64,000 nt of DNA from Paraphysomonas bandaiensis (Eukaryota > Protista > Chrysophyceae). This document shows, in pieces, positions 24,345 to 38,373 of this stretch. The stretch is taken from the NCBI GenBank assembly GCA_965644295.1, contig CBFFRP010000263.1, positions 1 through 64,000 on the forward strand, read 5' to 3'. The notes below the pieces were generated by a model, which was not told the DNA's origin, did no database searches, and worked only from the letters and a program-made list of their open reading frames with translations. Each line of letters begins with the position of its first letter. Within the stretch, counting starts at the first letter, position 1. The translations under genes and the position numbers were made by a program.

Positions 24345-24981
24345 TATTTGCTAAGGTTTACTATTCTCAACTGATAAGATGAAATTATAAACATTACATG
24401 ATAAAGAACCTAAGTTGTGTTCGATGTGTTCAACACCATTCATTTACTACTATAGTGTACAAACCACACACTCAGTGATCGTATCCTGTATAGTCATCCA
24501 CTTCTACTTCAGTTTCATACTACATAATATAATGTACTAATTACATATATATCTTTCGATCCTTGCATCTCACATAATACTGCACTCAATTGCAAGTATA
24601 TAGAATCTTCAGATCTCAACATCTGGCAGAACAGACGATTTGCATCTAACATCACTACTAAAAGAGTGTGAAAGTTCACAACTAATATTATTATTTCAAA
24701 TACAGTTGTTAGAAACTATTCCTAATTCCTAATTACTCTTCAATTCAATGGACATGGTAGTCGCTTTCATCAATTAGGAGGCTAAGTAAACATTAACGAC
24801 ACCACCAAAGCGTTAACATTCCCATACGCCGTATTAATCCTCGTAAAACAAAGTACGACGTAATAGGTTGCGAACTCAATCGACAAAACCGCAACATTCA
24901 CCAAGGTCGACACCATCACAAGTAAGTAAAATGGAAATTGAAAAATCAAAGTTCAATTAGCTAATATCACTATATATTTCA

Positions 24982-26613
24982 CTAATCACTTGATTCGAGA
25001 AGTGCCTGCAACCTCTGAACAAGAGAATTTTCTAACCCGTACGCAAATACTAAAATCTGGAAATAGAAGATTGGTGAAATTCATGATTTCACGTAAACTT
25101 CACTCTACTTACATCTAAAGCCATCGAATATACGATCCTAACATCTTCTTTCGGTCTTCCTACTTCCGACATTATGTCGCCTAAAAATAATAATAATGAT
25201 AATGTTCGTATGTAAGACAGAATACTACCTAATGTAAATAACTGCAACCCTAACAAAGGGTGTTTGGGGACATCTCTCAGGACAAGGTAGAGAAATCCCA
25301 CTACCTTAAGGCATGCGCTTAATGCACCTTCATAATTACCTAGTTTTCTTGCGTGACAACAACTCACAAATATAAAAAATATGTATACCGGAAAGAAGAT
25401 GGGCAGTCAACAACTGTCCGTGGGCACGGTAGAGCTCAGTGTGAAAAGGTCCACAGAGTTTAGTTAGTAACGATATAGCACCGCTCAATATACCGATCTC
25501 CTCTTGTGGTGTTTGAGCGCCGGATGACTGGTCCAGAAGACAACGAGCGGCTGATACTGATAACGACGAGTTCTCTGCAGTGCATGCCTTCATAGCCTCT
25601 TCTTCATCTATAGGGACCCCCTCCCCCTCATCACTGACAGTGTATCTTAATAAGTGCTCATATGAACCGGTTAATAAAAAAGCTTCTGGAAATTTCGATA
25701 TCCGCATAACAGATCCGTTACATCGATCACACATACAGGAGAAGCCGTAGACAGATGATAGCTTATCCTGACGTCCAGCAGTTGGCTCTGCAAGATCCAC
25801 ATATGAATGAGTTAACTCTTCACCGGCTGTAATATCTCTCACTGCGATAACCTGTAGGCGCACTGGTCTTCCTTGTGATATAACGTACCGGAGAAGGCAT
25901 GTCGGCTGACAAGAATGATTGAGTAGAGCGACTGCAGGATACACTCCAGCGCCCACACACTGCATCAGATCGTCCACTATACCAAAATTATTACATCGAA
26001 ATTTTAGTAATAAATTTCGCATATTTTTTTTATTGTCTTCACTTCGAATATTTTTTTTTGTACTTTCACTTTGTTTATTTTTTTTACTGTCATTATTGGG
26101 AGCTATTTGCTGTATGATATTCACTATGCCATCCGCCTCGTCTACAGCCCTCTGTGTGTCTCCAGATATACACAGGCCGTCTATATGATTCGTGCCACAA
26201 GATATACTACTATCTTGATTGTAAGTACACTCTGCTTTCGACTGCTTTAAAACACGATTTGTTCTTAATAATAAACACACATCCTGTCCAATAGATTCGT
26301 TCAGATTCACTGTTCTCGTCACTGATTTGCATTCGCCTCTATGCTGCTGCCAGTCATTCTTTTGACATACGGAATTACAGTATCTCACCACACCACATTG
26401 TGAACACATCATAAGATTCTCATCTTTATAAAAACAATATGAACATCGAGAAAATACACTGTAGTTTAAGAGTTTTTGAGAAAATGGCATATTTTCCATA
26501 ACAACATCGCCTGCAGTGATATTTCTAGTAGAGAAAATACCCCTTACATTGAGACTATTGGGTTTAACCTCAAGATTAATATGATCCGTGCAGCAGACCC
26601 CAGAGCTAGTCAT
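24982..26613 (-). CDS. SMYD-type SET and MYND domain lysine methyltransferase
   Basis: RGIFSTRNITAGD, MYND finger CSYC..CSQC..YCNSVCQKNDWQQHRGEC, LLNHSCQP, GEELTHSYVD, YGFSCMCDRC. Start set at MTSSG; the longer ORF start is microsatellite. Confidence 0.92.
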
Positions 26614-26729
26614 TGTATACCTGTAATGATCAAAAAGACCCGCTTGTGGACTGGACAGATTCAATTGTAATGGAACAAGCAAATCCAGCCATACCCACAC
26701 CTGCCACATACTCGACTGTAGGAAGAGAG

Positions 26730-26992
26730 TACATACATACATACATACATACATACATACATACATACATACATACATACATACATACATACATACATAC
26801 ATACATACATACATACATACATACATACATACATACATACATACATACATACATACATACATACATACATACATACATACATACATACATACATACATAC
26901 ATACATACATACATACATACATACATACATACATACATACATACATACATACATACATACATACATACATACATACATACATACATACATAC
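26730..26992. repeat. (TACA)n microsatellite, ~65 units
   Basis: Perfect tetranucleotide tract. Confidence 0.99.
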
Positions 26993-27025
26993 GATTGGCT
27001 AGTATTCGTATTCTATTAAACATCA

Positions 27026-27936
27026 TGATAGGCACACCTGGAGTAAAGTGGGGCGACGCAGAGAAAGCCCAGTGGCTCTCTCAGCAATCAGTGAAGCGTT
27101 CCTATCAAGATGAGGTGTTAAGTAAACTCGAGCCGTTAAGAGATCATTTCGATATCGAGCAGTACGGCAGTCTGTCATACGACACAGAGAAGTACCCTTT
27201 ATATGCTGTGAAGACAAGGAACTGGACTGCTGATCGTCCAACTGTATTAGTCACAGGGGGTGTGCATGGCTATGAGACCAGTGGAGTGCAGGGTGCTGTT
27301 CGGTTCCTTCAGACCAGTGCACTGCAATACAGCGATAGGTTTAATATAGTTGTTGCGCCTTGTGTAAGCCCTTGGGGATATGAAACTATTAACCGATGGA
27401 ATCCTCTTGCAATTGATCCTAATAGATCTTTTATTGGCGAAGGGGGGACCGAAGAATCATCAGCTTTGATACGCTATGTGGCCACCCTCAGGACGAATCC
27501 TGTTGTCAATATTATCGCTCATTTTGATCTTCATGAGACAACAGACACAGACAACACCACATTTCGTCCTGCTCGTGCCGCAAGGGATGCTATTGAAATA
27601 ACTTGCTGGAATATTCCTGACGGCTTCTACACTGTGGGTAACAGTGAAAATCCGCAGCCGGAATTTCAGAAAGCCGTTATTGAAGGCGTTTCGAAAGTGA
27701 CACATGTTGCTGAGGCAGATGAAGACGGACGACTAATCGGCGAAAAGATTCAACAGTTTGGTGTCATTAACTACCCCTGCAGAGAGTTGGGCTTGTGCAT
27801 GAGCCTGACTGGAGCCCAGTATGTTACTACAACTGAAGTTTACCCAGACAGCCCACGTGTAACTGACGAGATATGTGCGGAGGCGCAAGTTGCCGTTATT
27901 ACCAGCGGATTGGATTTTATTCTCCGCAAAGGCTAA
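27026..27936 (+). CDS. M14 metallocarboxypeptidase (AstE/AspA-like), bacterial-type
   Basis: IGTPG.KWG, GGVHGYETSG (HxxE), NRWN..DPNRSF, DLHET, TTTEVYPD. Start uncertain. Confidence 0.9.
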
Positions 27937-28823
27937 GCAGCAGACTGTTGTTTTTATTACCAAGTGATTTTTACTTTTGGTTTTTGCGACGCCCCTACTT
28001 GTGAGTAGCACTGAAGGTGTTATTAAATAAATTTGACGAGTATGTTGTTTATTTCTCTTGCGTTAGAATATACAGCAGCATGTGTTCTACTATCCCTTGT
28101 GAATCTACTGTCAGCGAAAAGATATGTGTTCTGTCAAGGATTTCAATATATTGTATAGAGTTCAATATACTGTTCACTAGCCCTGGTATAGAGCATAGAG
28201 CCTACGATTACTCTGCAATGAGCGACTAGTTATTGTTTTAAGCCAGCAGTACACCACAGATCGTTAATCCGCTGCAAAAGTATATTGACGCTTTCCCAAA
28301 CATTGTTCTTATTAATAATTTATTCCTTACCGACAGTTTTGTATTTTTATAAATTATAAACTAAGAAAAGGAAATTATCCTTAGTCGACTACAGACTACG
28401 GAATTGAATTAAAAATTACTTCCTGTCAATGTAATTCATATCAGAGATGAGAATGCATAGTATTGAGCTAAAGCCTATTGTTGCGTTATCTACTTATCTG
28501 AAATTGCGTTGCTATGGAAGAACTATAGTTCAGCAAGTGGAAATTATTGTTATGATACATGATACCTGTACACAAATGTCCTTGCATCTGATTTTAAGAA
28601 TAATGTCATGTTAATTAGATCTACTGACGCGTCTTGAGTTCTATTTAAGGAACACTAGTAAAGGTATACTATTTAAAAAAATAGTGCAATGCTTAAAAAA
28701 GTAGGTATTGTACAGAAGGTATGATTACATTGATATATAATGAGCTATCCACAAAAACTAGTAAAATATCAAGGAAGTTGAAACACTATGACTTCTCGGC
28801 AAGCTGCTACTAACTAGATAAAT

Positions 28824-29741
28824 TTACATATCCCATAACTTGTGCTTATCTCTGGAGAGGATCGGATGAAGCGAAGATTCGTTTGAGCTACTATCAGACA
28901 AAGAGCCGGCTGAAGGTGATCCTCCCCTCGAACTACTGTGTTTCTTCTTTTTCTTTTTTTCTTTTTTATGCTTGTCGCTATGATGTTTCCGCTTCTTCTC
29001 TTTCTTGTGATGTTTTCGTTTCTTCTTGGCAATTTCGTCCTCAACATCGTCATGGGAAATACTGCGTTTATCTTCGTAGTTAAGGGTTTGTGTATTCGCG
29101 GGAGTACTTTCTCTCACAGGTTTGGCAACAGAAGCAGAAAAGGCCTTTTCCGATACCACTCCAGCCTTCTTTTTGGTTTGCTCTAAGTAATTTTTACAGT
29201 TAGGAACATCGGGGTCTAAGCTCAGAGCGCGTTCAAATTGGGTGATGGCTGTATTAAGGTTGCCAAGGTTGGCATTGCAAGCACCGATGGCAACAAGAGC
29301 CTCCACATTATCCGGAGCATACTCTAATGCCTTAGAGAGAACCTCCAGTGCCTGTGTCTCAAGATCCCGTCTACACAACTCAACACCTTTCCTAGTAAGT
29401 GCAACTGATAGAGCCCATTTTCTATCTGCATTAACAGTGTTATGATCCCACGTAACGTCCTGCTGTCCATATAGGCAGCTGTGATATGCTTTCAGTCCAT
29501 AAGCATCAGACATCAGTTCATAACTGCCGGGATTATAAAACACTGAATCACTGCATAGAGTAGTGATGTATGAATCAGTTATATAAGAGTCTGATTGAAG
29601 AGGTGGCATCCATGCAAATCCATATGTATCAACCTCCTCTGTATACTGCGGCTGTGTAGAGGATCTACTGCCATCAGATGACTTCAATCTAGATGCAAGT
29701 GCATTTAAATTATCATCCAGTAAAGAGTTTATGCTTATCAT
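28824..29741 (-). CDS. TPR-repeat protein with K/H-rich tail (TTC14-like)
   Basis: ALEVLSKALEYAPDNVEALVAIGACNANLG..FERALSLDP; basic low-complexity C-terminus. Confidence 0.8.
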   Translation of the reverse strand: MISINSLLDDNLNALASRLKSSDGSRSSTQPQYTEEVDTYGFAWMPPLQSDSYITDSYITTLCSDSVFYNPGSYELMSDAYGLKAYHSCLYGQQDVTWDHNTVNADRKWALSVALTRKGVELCRRDLETQALEVLSKALEYAPDNVEALVAIGACNANLGNLNTAITQFERALSLDPDVPNCKNYLEQTKKKAGVVSEKAFSASVAKPVRESTPANTQTLNYEDKRSISHDDVEDEIAKKKRKHHKKEKKRKHHSDKHKKEKKKKKKHSSSRGGSPSAGSLSDSSSNESSLHPILSRDKHKLWDM

Positions 29742-30048
29742 TGCATATATTTATATATACGTGTCGATATGATATGAGACCATCTCCATTAAGCACATGA
29801 GATGCTTCCATACACAATATACAGCAATATGATGTCATTTATATTCATGGAAAACCACTATTTTCTGCGCAGATGTATAAATATCCCTAGTTTATGCTTA
29901 CTTGGAGTGAAATATCCTATTATTGTATAGTGGAGGTATGGTTATGTGGTTATGTTGCTTATCGCTCCCACTGCACTCAATATGCACTCATTCAAACGCA
30001 TACCCAACACACTTATATACACCATAAGTGGATTCTACTGAAATAAAA

Positions 30049-30844
30049 ATGATTGCATCATCTTTCCGTGTCACAACTAGACGTTACTTTGCATCTCAGG
30101 CCAGTAAATGCTCCAATGTTATAATAATGGGGCCTCCAGGTACACCCAACCATACTCTACATGATGTTATGAACCATCCATTGCAGGTGGAGGTAAAGGG
30201 ACGATATCAAACAAGATGGTAAAGGACTTTAGTTTCGACCATATCTCTACTGGCGATCTTCTCAGGGCTCACATCAGGTACAGTTGTATTAGATACGTGA
30301 TTTTCTAGTAGTTAATCACTCTATAAGGGATGGTACTGAACTAGGACAGAAAGTCAAAGGTATTATGGATAAAGGAGGATTGGTGACTGATGAAGTGGTT
30401 CTGGAACTGTTACTTGATCAATCGAAGAAGTCGTCTGGAAATATTTTGCTTGATGGATTCCCGAGGACAATCGCACAGGCAAAGCTTCTATCTGATAGCC
30501 CTATAAAGATTGCAGCGGTGATCGTACTAGATATACCCCACCATGTTATTGTTGACCGTATATCTAAACGTTGGGTGCACCCTGCAAGTGGTCGAACTTA
30601 TGCCTACGACTACAACCCACCCAAGGTACACGGCCTGGATGACGTCACCCAAGAGCCCCTTGTGCAGAGATCTGATGACACTCCTGAGGCGGTTAAAGAG
30701 CGTCTCGATAAATACGAGGAGGTTACATCACCGCTAGTCGAGTTCTATAAAAAGCAAGGAATTGCACAAGTGTTCAGTGGAACTGAGTCTAATGTCATTT
30801 ACCCTCATGTCAAACAGTTTTGCATTGATAACTTAAAGCTATAG
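30049..30844 (+). CDS. ADK: Mitochondrial-type adenylate kinase (AK3-like), 3 exons
   Basis: Presequence-like N-terminus, GPPGGGKGT across intron 1, HISTGDLLR, LLDGFPRT, LID region RWVHPASGRTY. Confidence 0.95.
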
Positions 30845-32174
30845 TATATGTCATATCTCGTGAAGATTATGATGTCAAGGTACTCTCCACAATATAAATG
30901 TTGTCTTAGTATGCGAAAAGTACGACATTACGCTTGAACCGATATCCAGAGTCCGTTGTAAGCATTATTTAGTACGTGGTTAAAAGTAAAAATGATATAG
31001 TTTTACGCTTGTAAAAGTCAAGACTTAGTACAAACTGTGAGCAGCAGAGAAGAATTGTAATGTTTTACCAAAGTGCTTATCTCTAGCCTATGTCAACATT
31101 GTTGCAGTAGTCATTGTCGCATCAGCGCTTACCACTTGATATTAATATTTACTGTCGTCTACTTTATTGTGGATGACAAAAATAAAATAATTCTCTATCA
31201 TTCTGTAGATTGTCAGAAAGAGAAATGACAGATTCAATGCGTACTCCTTTAGTTACAATAGTTTCAGTTTTCAATATCGTAGAATAGAGTATTAGCCTGT
31301 TATCCATATAACATATGCACTTGCGCCAATTGCAATACAACATATTATATGTGTTCCTACCCCTGACATGTGTATTACCAGTACAAATCTTATAACATAT
31401 AGTATATACATTGTATTCTTTAATATTTCTCTCCCGTATCATGAAGCAGATGGCTTCTGTATCAATGGCCACAGCATAAGAGCTATATGTGCAGCATGCT
31501 CGTCTATAGTTACAGTCTCTGCTTGCACATCAACCCAAAATACCCCTTCCTATATGCAGATATCAATATCTCATCTCTGGTAGTGACAGAGAGGCATTGT
31601 GACAGTGATTAAGATGCAGACATAACGATATGGACACCATATACAGTATATACTGCTGCGCATATACAGTATACTGGACATATGAGGGCCGTGTAACTTG
31701 ACAGGTGCATACAGGTACATGTCTAGATGTGCTGCATGCACAGCAGTGGTGTATATACACATACACTCTAATGATGTGTTCCGATTATGTTAAACCTCCA
31801 GAGGATACTCCTCTCCTCACATGTGCAGTATGCATCTTGACGCAGAGGGTTCATCTTGCACTGTAGATTTAGCCTAAAAGCTGTGGACAATATTCCGGAT
31901 ATCTAGATAACAGTAATTCGGATTGATTTAAAAATGCGAAAATACCCTATTTTTAGCCATTTCTCTAAAAATAGGTTAATATCAGTGTTATATACAGAGG
32001 ATGGCAATACGCTGCGGGGGCTACTCCATGCACACCGCAGACACACATATCAGCCATACCATACTGTCAGGAACCAGATTATGCATCCACTCGTTGAGGA
32101 TTCAATGAAATAGACTTGCCTTACATTCAACTCACTCAACTGAGCAAACAATCGTTACTTTACTAGTAAATTAC

Positions 32175-33883
32175 ATGCATTTTCCATGCAATGAGCTGTG
32201 CACTGTTGCAGTGTGTCTCATAGCAGCTGCACGCATCTGTCAGTCGGCATATATACACCCACATCAACCACCCCTCACATACACTCAAAGTCCTCTCAAT
32301 AACATCTCCACAGAGCCAGTTATAACCACTGTTCTGTTGCAACATATCAGAGCTTTCAATGGCAGAGGGGCGGAGGTGTCTATAGGTGTGGTGCCTTTCT
32401 ATCAGCCTCTTGAGCCCTCCGAACAGCATGACTCCATACCTGCATTATCATATATATCGATTTGTTGTGTTTTATGGGATAAACGCCAAGAGAGTAACGC
32501 ACAGCAGTGTCAGTCGGGAACACCGCATGAACAAAACGGAAATATATCAGTCGCTACTTTTTTTTTCGAGGAATTTTATTCTGAACACGTATTTCTTCAT
32601 TCATGGGCACAGATATCTTCTGCTGGGGGGAAAATACAAAACTCTGACGGACATATTGTAATTAACAGCGATCGTTCTGTGGACTCTGGATTTTCTAGTC
32701 CCTATGGGTATCATCGCAATAGCTTTCCACCTTATTTGTTTACAGAATTAGGATATGGACTGGACGCATGCAAAAACATAGACCTTCGTGGTGACTTTGG
32801 CCTCCAGCGTGCCATCACATGGTGTTGCTTTCTCTATGATCTTTCGGGTGAAAAGTGCTTTGCTGTTGCTCTCTGGGCGTTGGATCGCGCATTGCGATTG
32901 GACGCTTTGTGGACACCGCCCCCTGTCCTACCCCCAGTACAGCCTTATCCGTCATCCATTTACCCGTTTGTTTTTTTTCACGTAGAAAAAACTGCGGGGA
33001 CGTTTATCCGAAGGTTAGTTTTCATTCTACGTAGTTCTTTCCTTCCACCAACCGTTTACGATGTGGTAACAGGCTTGTGGCGGAGTCTGCTCAGAGGCAT
33101 CACTTGGAGTTCTTCATTCCATGCCACGGCGGCGTGTTCTGTGTGCAGTTCTCTTTACCTGATGATTCATCTCTTTATCGTTTAGGAATTAATAGAAGCC
33201 GACTGGCTGTTCTTGCCGGCCACTTTTCCTGGGGAATATGGAAAGATTTACCGTCAATCGATAGAGATGGGCTAGGCGATCCAAAATATCCGTCTTGCCT
33301 AGTGATGCACCGGCATCCAGTCTCACGGGTGATATCTTATTATTACAAACGCGTCCTCGATCCTCGTATGTCTCCTTTTGATCGACCCCTAAACGAACTC
33401 ACTGTCGATGAATTGCAGTTCCTGCTTGCTAATGTACGACACCCGTCGAGACTAGAGAATGGTACCGTTGTGGTGTCGGACGATGGGTTATCTGATGCTG
33501 CTTGTCGTGCACTTAGCGATACAAAAGTTACCACTGGTTTTGTGCTTGAACATGACAGTACATTAAATATTCCACCTCGACTACACAGTTCTGCTGCTGA
33601 ACGCGCTGTTGCAAACTCTCAAAAGTGTCTTGCGGGTATTCAAGAAGATATGAATTCTACAGTTCGAATGATAAGCTTTTGGTTTCCGTGGATCAACCTC
33701 AATGAGGAAATCATTTCTATAGAGAATAAAGGTGGCAGGGCGATAGAAACACTTGATACGTTGAGGAGCGAGTTAATAGATGTAATAGTGAAAGAAAATG
33801 GGTGTGATATGCTTCTTTACGATGAAGCAAGACATCAATTTAATAGACAATTGAATGTCATTAACAATATACATAGACTTTAA
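32175..33883 (+). CDS. Sulfotransferase-like protein (2 exons, intron ~33014-33072)
   Basis: FFHVEKTAGT (5'-PSB-like), RHPVSRVISYYY (3'-PB-like), N..DM.LY..A..F near the C-terminus; hydrophobic N-terminus. Confidence 0.75.
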
Positions 33884-35134
33884 TTTTGTCATGTGAATTA
33901 TATAATTTTCAAGCAGTGATATATTAGTCACTCTGATATCTTCTAGTAACAGAGTAATGTCATTAAATTATATTTTTAATTTTTAACCTGCGTTCTTTAC
34001 GGTGTCGTTTTGAACCTACTACTAAATTTTGCAGGTGTTCGTATTAAAATATGTTGGAATACGTATGTGTCCCTAAGATAAAACTGTAGAATACGTTAAA
34101 TACAATGTCAAAACTGTAATATGTAGTCAAAATTACTATACATAGTTATAACTGTGATGACGTGTCATGACGTTTCATACTGAAGTTAATCAGAGGTTGA
34201 TATGAAAGAAATATAAAGTTATGTTGTTGATGCGTTTTACATGGCAATGCATAATTGCCTATGAAATAATAATCATCTATTTTGTCTAACAACATAACTT
34301 TCCTTTCACGATCTCTACACGTAGAAATGTTTAAGAGTCAATAAAATATAAAGGCAGTTGAGCCGTATTTAATATTTAAAGGTAGTAGAATTGAACAAAA
34401 TTCTCAACTTAGTAGGAATGTCTGAAAGTAGGGACTAATATATTACCGGCGTTAAATAAGATTAGAGCTAGTCTTAGTATTTAATGAAGGATACACTTCG
34501 TATTATTAGAAGATAAATATTGATTATATAAACTTCACATGAAGGATAATGCCTAGTCGTATGATAGCGAGACGTTTGAACAGGGCGTTAGCACCGCACA
34601 CATTTGCGTATCGTATATAGTCTGGTAATTATTCAGCCAATTGATATTTCATTGTATATATATGTGTTGTAATCACGCGTTAAGAGATATACGTGAATCA
34701 ATGAATATCTTAATAGCATTCTCTAAAAAAAGGACAGAGTGCATGAAGTGACCTGCACGAGACGACGACATACAATTTACAATGATATTGATGACCTACT
34801 ACATAACACTTAGTGATTATCAACACACTCTCTATGTAGTAAATGATCCGTCACCTGATAAAATGACAGAGCGACTGATGTAAACTGCCAGATACCAGAT
34901 AATATATGGGTGTTTTACGGCATCAGTACTCTTATCTCATCACACTTCGTACATACGTTGCACTACTTTTGAACAGAAAGAGCTATTCTACTAACGGTTG
35001 CGTGTATAGAATTGAAATAACGACATAAGATATATATTGTGCAACTTAAAATACTAACTTTTGCCATGATATTGATGGCTAGCTATAAACAGCAAAACGC
35101 CAATAATTATACTTGCTAAAGAACAATACAGATA

Positions 35135-36606
35135 CTATTCATCGCTGCAAACTTCGGCTTCGCTATCTTGCAGTTGTCGAATTCGGCGTTCCAGCTTCTC
35201 CTGATCGACCTTCATCTCCTCGCTCGGCAACTTAAGGCGGTATTGATTACACACTTTTCTACTAGTGGCAATGTGACTTTCCACTTGTTTCAGAGTGTCC
35301 CGGTAAAAGCTAAGAAGTTGAAGCTCATCGTCGCTGATAGCATCCTTCTCCAGCAACTCCTGTACTCTCGCGGATAGCAGCGTCCAGAGGTCTCTGTTTT
35401 ATCAAATGTAACTTAAGACAAGCCATACAATGTCGCATTCGCACACACACTCACATCATATCCAACGCCATCAGTTGAGTTAGCGATGCAGTTAAAGGGG
35501 TCGCCGCTCTTCTGGAGGGAATAGGAACACTCAGCCTTCACAAAATAAAATATCAATCTAGGAATAAAATATCAATCAAGAGCACCTACCCCATAGACAC
35601 GCACTGCTGCGCTCTCTTGACAACTGCAAAATTTCCACCGTCGCCCTCAAACTCCTCCAACTCAATAAACCTACCACTGAAGAAACGCGCCCGATGGAGC
35701 ACATAGGCAGCATAGGAAAGCACAAGTCCCCTTGCACTCTGGTCCTCCACGGCAGCAATTAGTGAGGTATCAAAGTATCTGTGACCAGGGTGTTTGGGGA
35801 CTCTCTCCCTTGCTAGGCCACGAATAGCACCAGCGAATAGACGGCAGGCTCGGGCTGTTGACTCCCGAGACACAGCCTGTAGAATATACAGGGCCTTTAC
35901 CACAGTCCTCCAGTCCGGTTCACACATCTTCATCCATAGCTTGTGTGTGGTCATATGGTATGGGTCGTCCTCCGGAAACTGAAGCACACGATTACATAAT
36001 TTCACATCAGTAACTATAAAAGCACCCACCCGACTTCGCTTGAAGGCTGGAATTGAGTGTTTAATCAACTCCTGTAAAAGAACAGGAGAAACTCGCGAAT
36101 CATCAGGCCAAGTAGCCTTCAGTAGGAGCGCCTCAAAAGCTGAGGATTTCATTACCTAAACATGAATTACACTGACTCATATCAAACATCACACATACTT
36201 TCGCTTTACGGAACAATGTCCTATATATCGACTGTCCTTGCTTCGCCAGTGAGTCTATCTTCTCCACTACTGATCCTGTATCCGCATGTTTCCTTCTCGA
36301 ACGCATAGTCACCACTTCAGGAGGGTGAGGCCTCCGTCTAGAGGGTCCTCTGCGGCCATTCGAGTCATACGACTCTCTTTCTACTGGTAACATAGAGCGA
36401 GGTATGCCCAGATCACCCCTCTTGTGTTTGGGGGAGGAGTATACGCTGCTGATGCCTCCTAATAGCAGATAGTCATATATACGCACAGATACACACAGCT
36501 ATACATATATATACATATGAGAGCGCTGTGTATGTAACTGACCTCTTCTTCCATATGCGCAGACAAAGAGAGCAAAGAGAATAAATGAGTAGATGGATAG
36601 AGACAT
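35135..36606 (-). CDS. ANTH/ENTH-like domain protein with predicted N-terminal signal peptide (multi-exon)
   Basis: LLLKATWPDD, DWRTVVKALYIL, YAAYVLHR. Exon 1 MSLSIYSFILFALFVCAYGRRG splices in frame to GISSVY. Confidence 0.7.
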
Positions 36607-36663
36607 CAGACGAGATACTGTGTGAATAAGTTAAACAAGACATTGCAAACAACCCTCAATACA

Positions 36664-36757
36664 CATACATACATATATACATACATACATACATACATAC
36701 ATTCATACATACATACATACATACATACATACATACATACATACATTCATACATACA

Positions 36758-36791
<34 letters not shown>

Positions 36792-37609
36792 CATACATAC
36801 ATATATACATACATACATACATACATACATACATACATACATACATACATACATACATACATACATACATACATACATACATACATACATACATACATAC
36901 ATACATACATACATACATACATACATACATACATACATACATACATACATACATACATACATACATACATACATACATACATACATACATACATACATGT
37001 ACATACATACATACATACATACATACATACATACATACATACATACATACATACATACATACATACATACATACATACATACATACATACATACATACAT
37101 ACATACATACATACATACATACATACATACATACATACATACATACATACATACATACATACATACATACATACATACATACATACATACATACATACAT
37201 ACATACATACATACATACATACATACATACATACATACATACATACATACATACATACATACATACATACATACATACATACATACATACATACATACAT
37301 ACATACATACATACATACATACATACATACATACATACATACATACATACATACATACATACATACATACATACATACATACATACATACATACATACAT
37401 ACATACATACATACATGCATACATACATACATACATACATACATACATACATACATACATACATACATACATACATACATACATACATACATACATACAT
37501 ACATACATACATACATACATACATACATACATACATACATACATACATACATACATACATACATGCATACATACATACATACATACATACATACATACAT
37601 ACATACATA
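36664..37609. repeat. (TACA)n microsatellite, ~950 bp
   Basis: Near-perfect tract with a few TTCA/TATA/TGCA variants. Confidence 0.99.
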
Positions 37610-38373
37610 ACCTCCTCATTCCTATGTTTTACTTCGTGCAGGAGTTCAATAATGTCGATATATCTCATATTGCAAGATCAAGAGATGGCTCAACAATAGC
37701 TGATAGCTTCGATCTCTGAGAAGGGAGAGGAGCAGAGCCTCATATTAACTCTGAGGGCTCTAAACCCGACATGGTGTGGCAGGAGCAGGCAGTCGACAAT
37801 ACTAGGAGTCTGGGAGGGCTCCGAAACGGATATGCAACCCTATGTGAGGACCCTCACTCGGGATGAGATTCAGTCCAGAGAGGCTAACTTTGAAAAGGAA
37901 ATGTGGGAACCCGATGAGGATTATCGGCTATGTTCTAGTTGTCATGGTAACTGAGTACTATCAGTAGCAATACTATGCGTAATATATTCTAATAACATGT
38001 CTACTGTGTAATTCTTTTGGTTAATTCACCACACTAGGTACATTTTTTTAAATGACCAGCAAATCGTAGATACCAAACAAATTGCGAGTTATATTCACCC
38101 GTAGAATAGAATATTTATCTTTGCTCTTTGGTATTTTACCACTGCTTGCTTGCAAATGACTCTCGTTGTAGCGTTCTAATCACTGTTGACACTTCTACAA
38201 ATGAACTCCACTAGCTAGTCGCGTTTAGTATCTATGGCTCAGTAAAGCAATAATGCTACAATACAACATAACCATCACTAAATTACAGTTGCTTACTCCA
38301 ACTACACAAAAACTGTGGTACGCACGTGCTTTGTTGGCTAAATGAGAATAATCGAGACATTTATTCGTTCAAT

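Larger units (their letters stand above)
19329..24621 (-). mobile_element. Full-length Ty1/copia LTR retrotransposon (5293 bp)
   Basis: Identical 293-bp LTRs (19329-19621, 24329-24621); 5-bp target-site duplication (TSD) TCTGG (19324-8, 24622-6); primer-binding site (PBS) TGGTAGCGAGT; polypurine tract GAGGGGGAG; gag-PR-IN-RT-RH order. Confidence 0.97.

Noticed and set aside
25336-26982. 548-aa SMYD ORF as listed
   Set aside because: The N-terminal ~120 aa derive from the TACA tract and upstream DNA, and the true 3' end is spliced.
36622-37719. Long MYVC/HTYI ORFs (also at 26.6-27.0 kb and 61.0-62.3 kb)
   Set aside because: Stop-free translations of microsatellite and minisatellite tracts.
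37640-37719. RNase H-like fragment EFNNVDISHIARSR..AD
   Set aside because: Too short and no supporting motifs.
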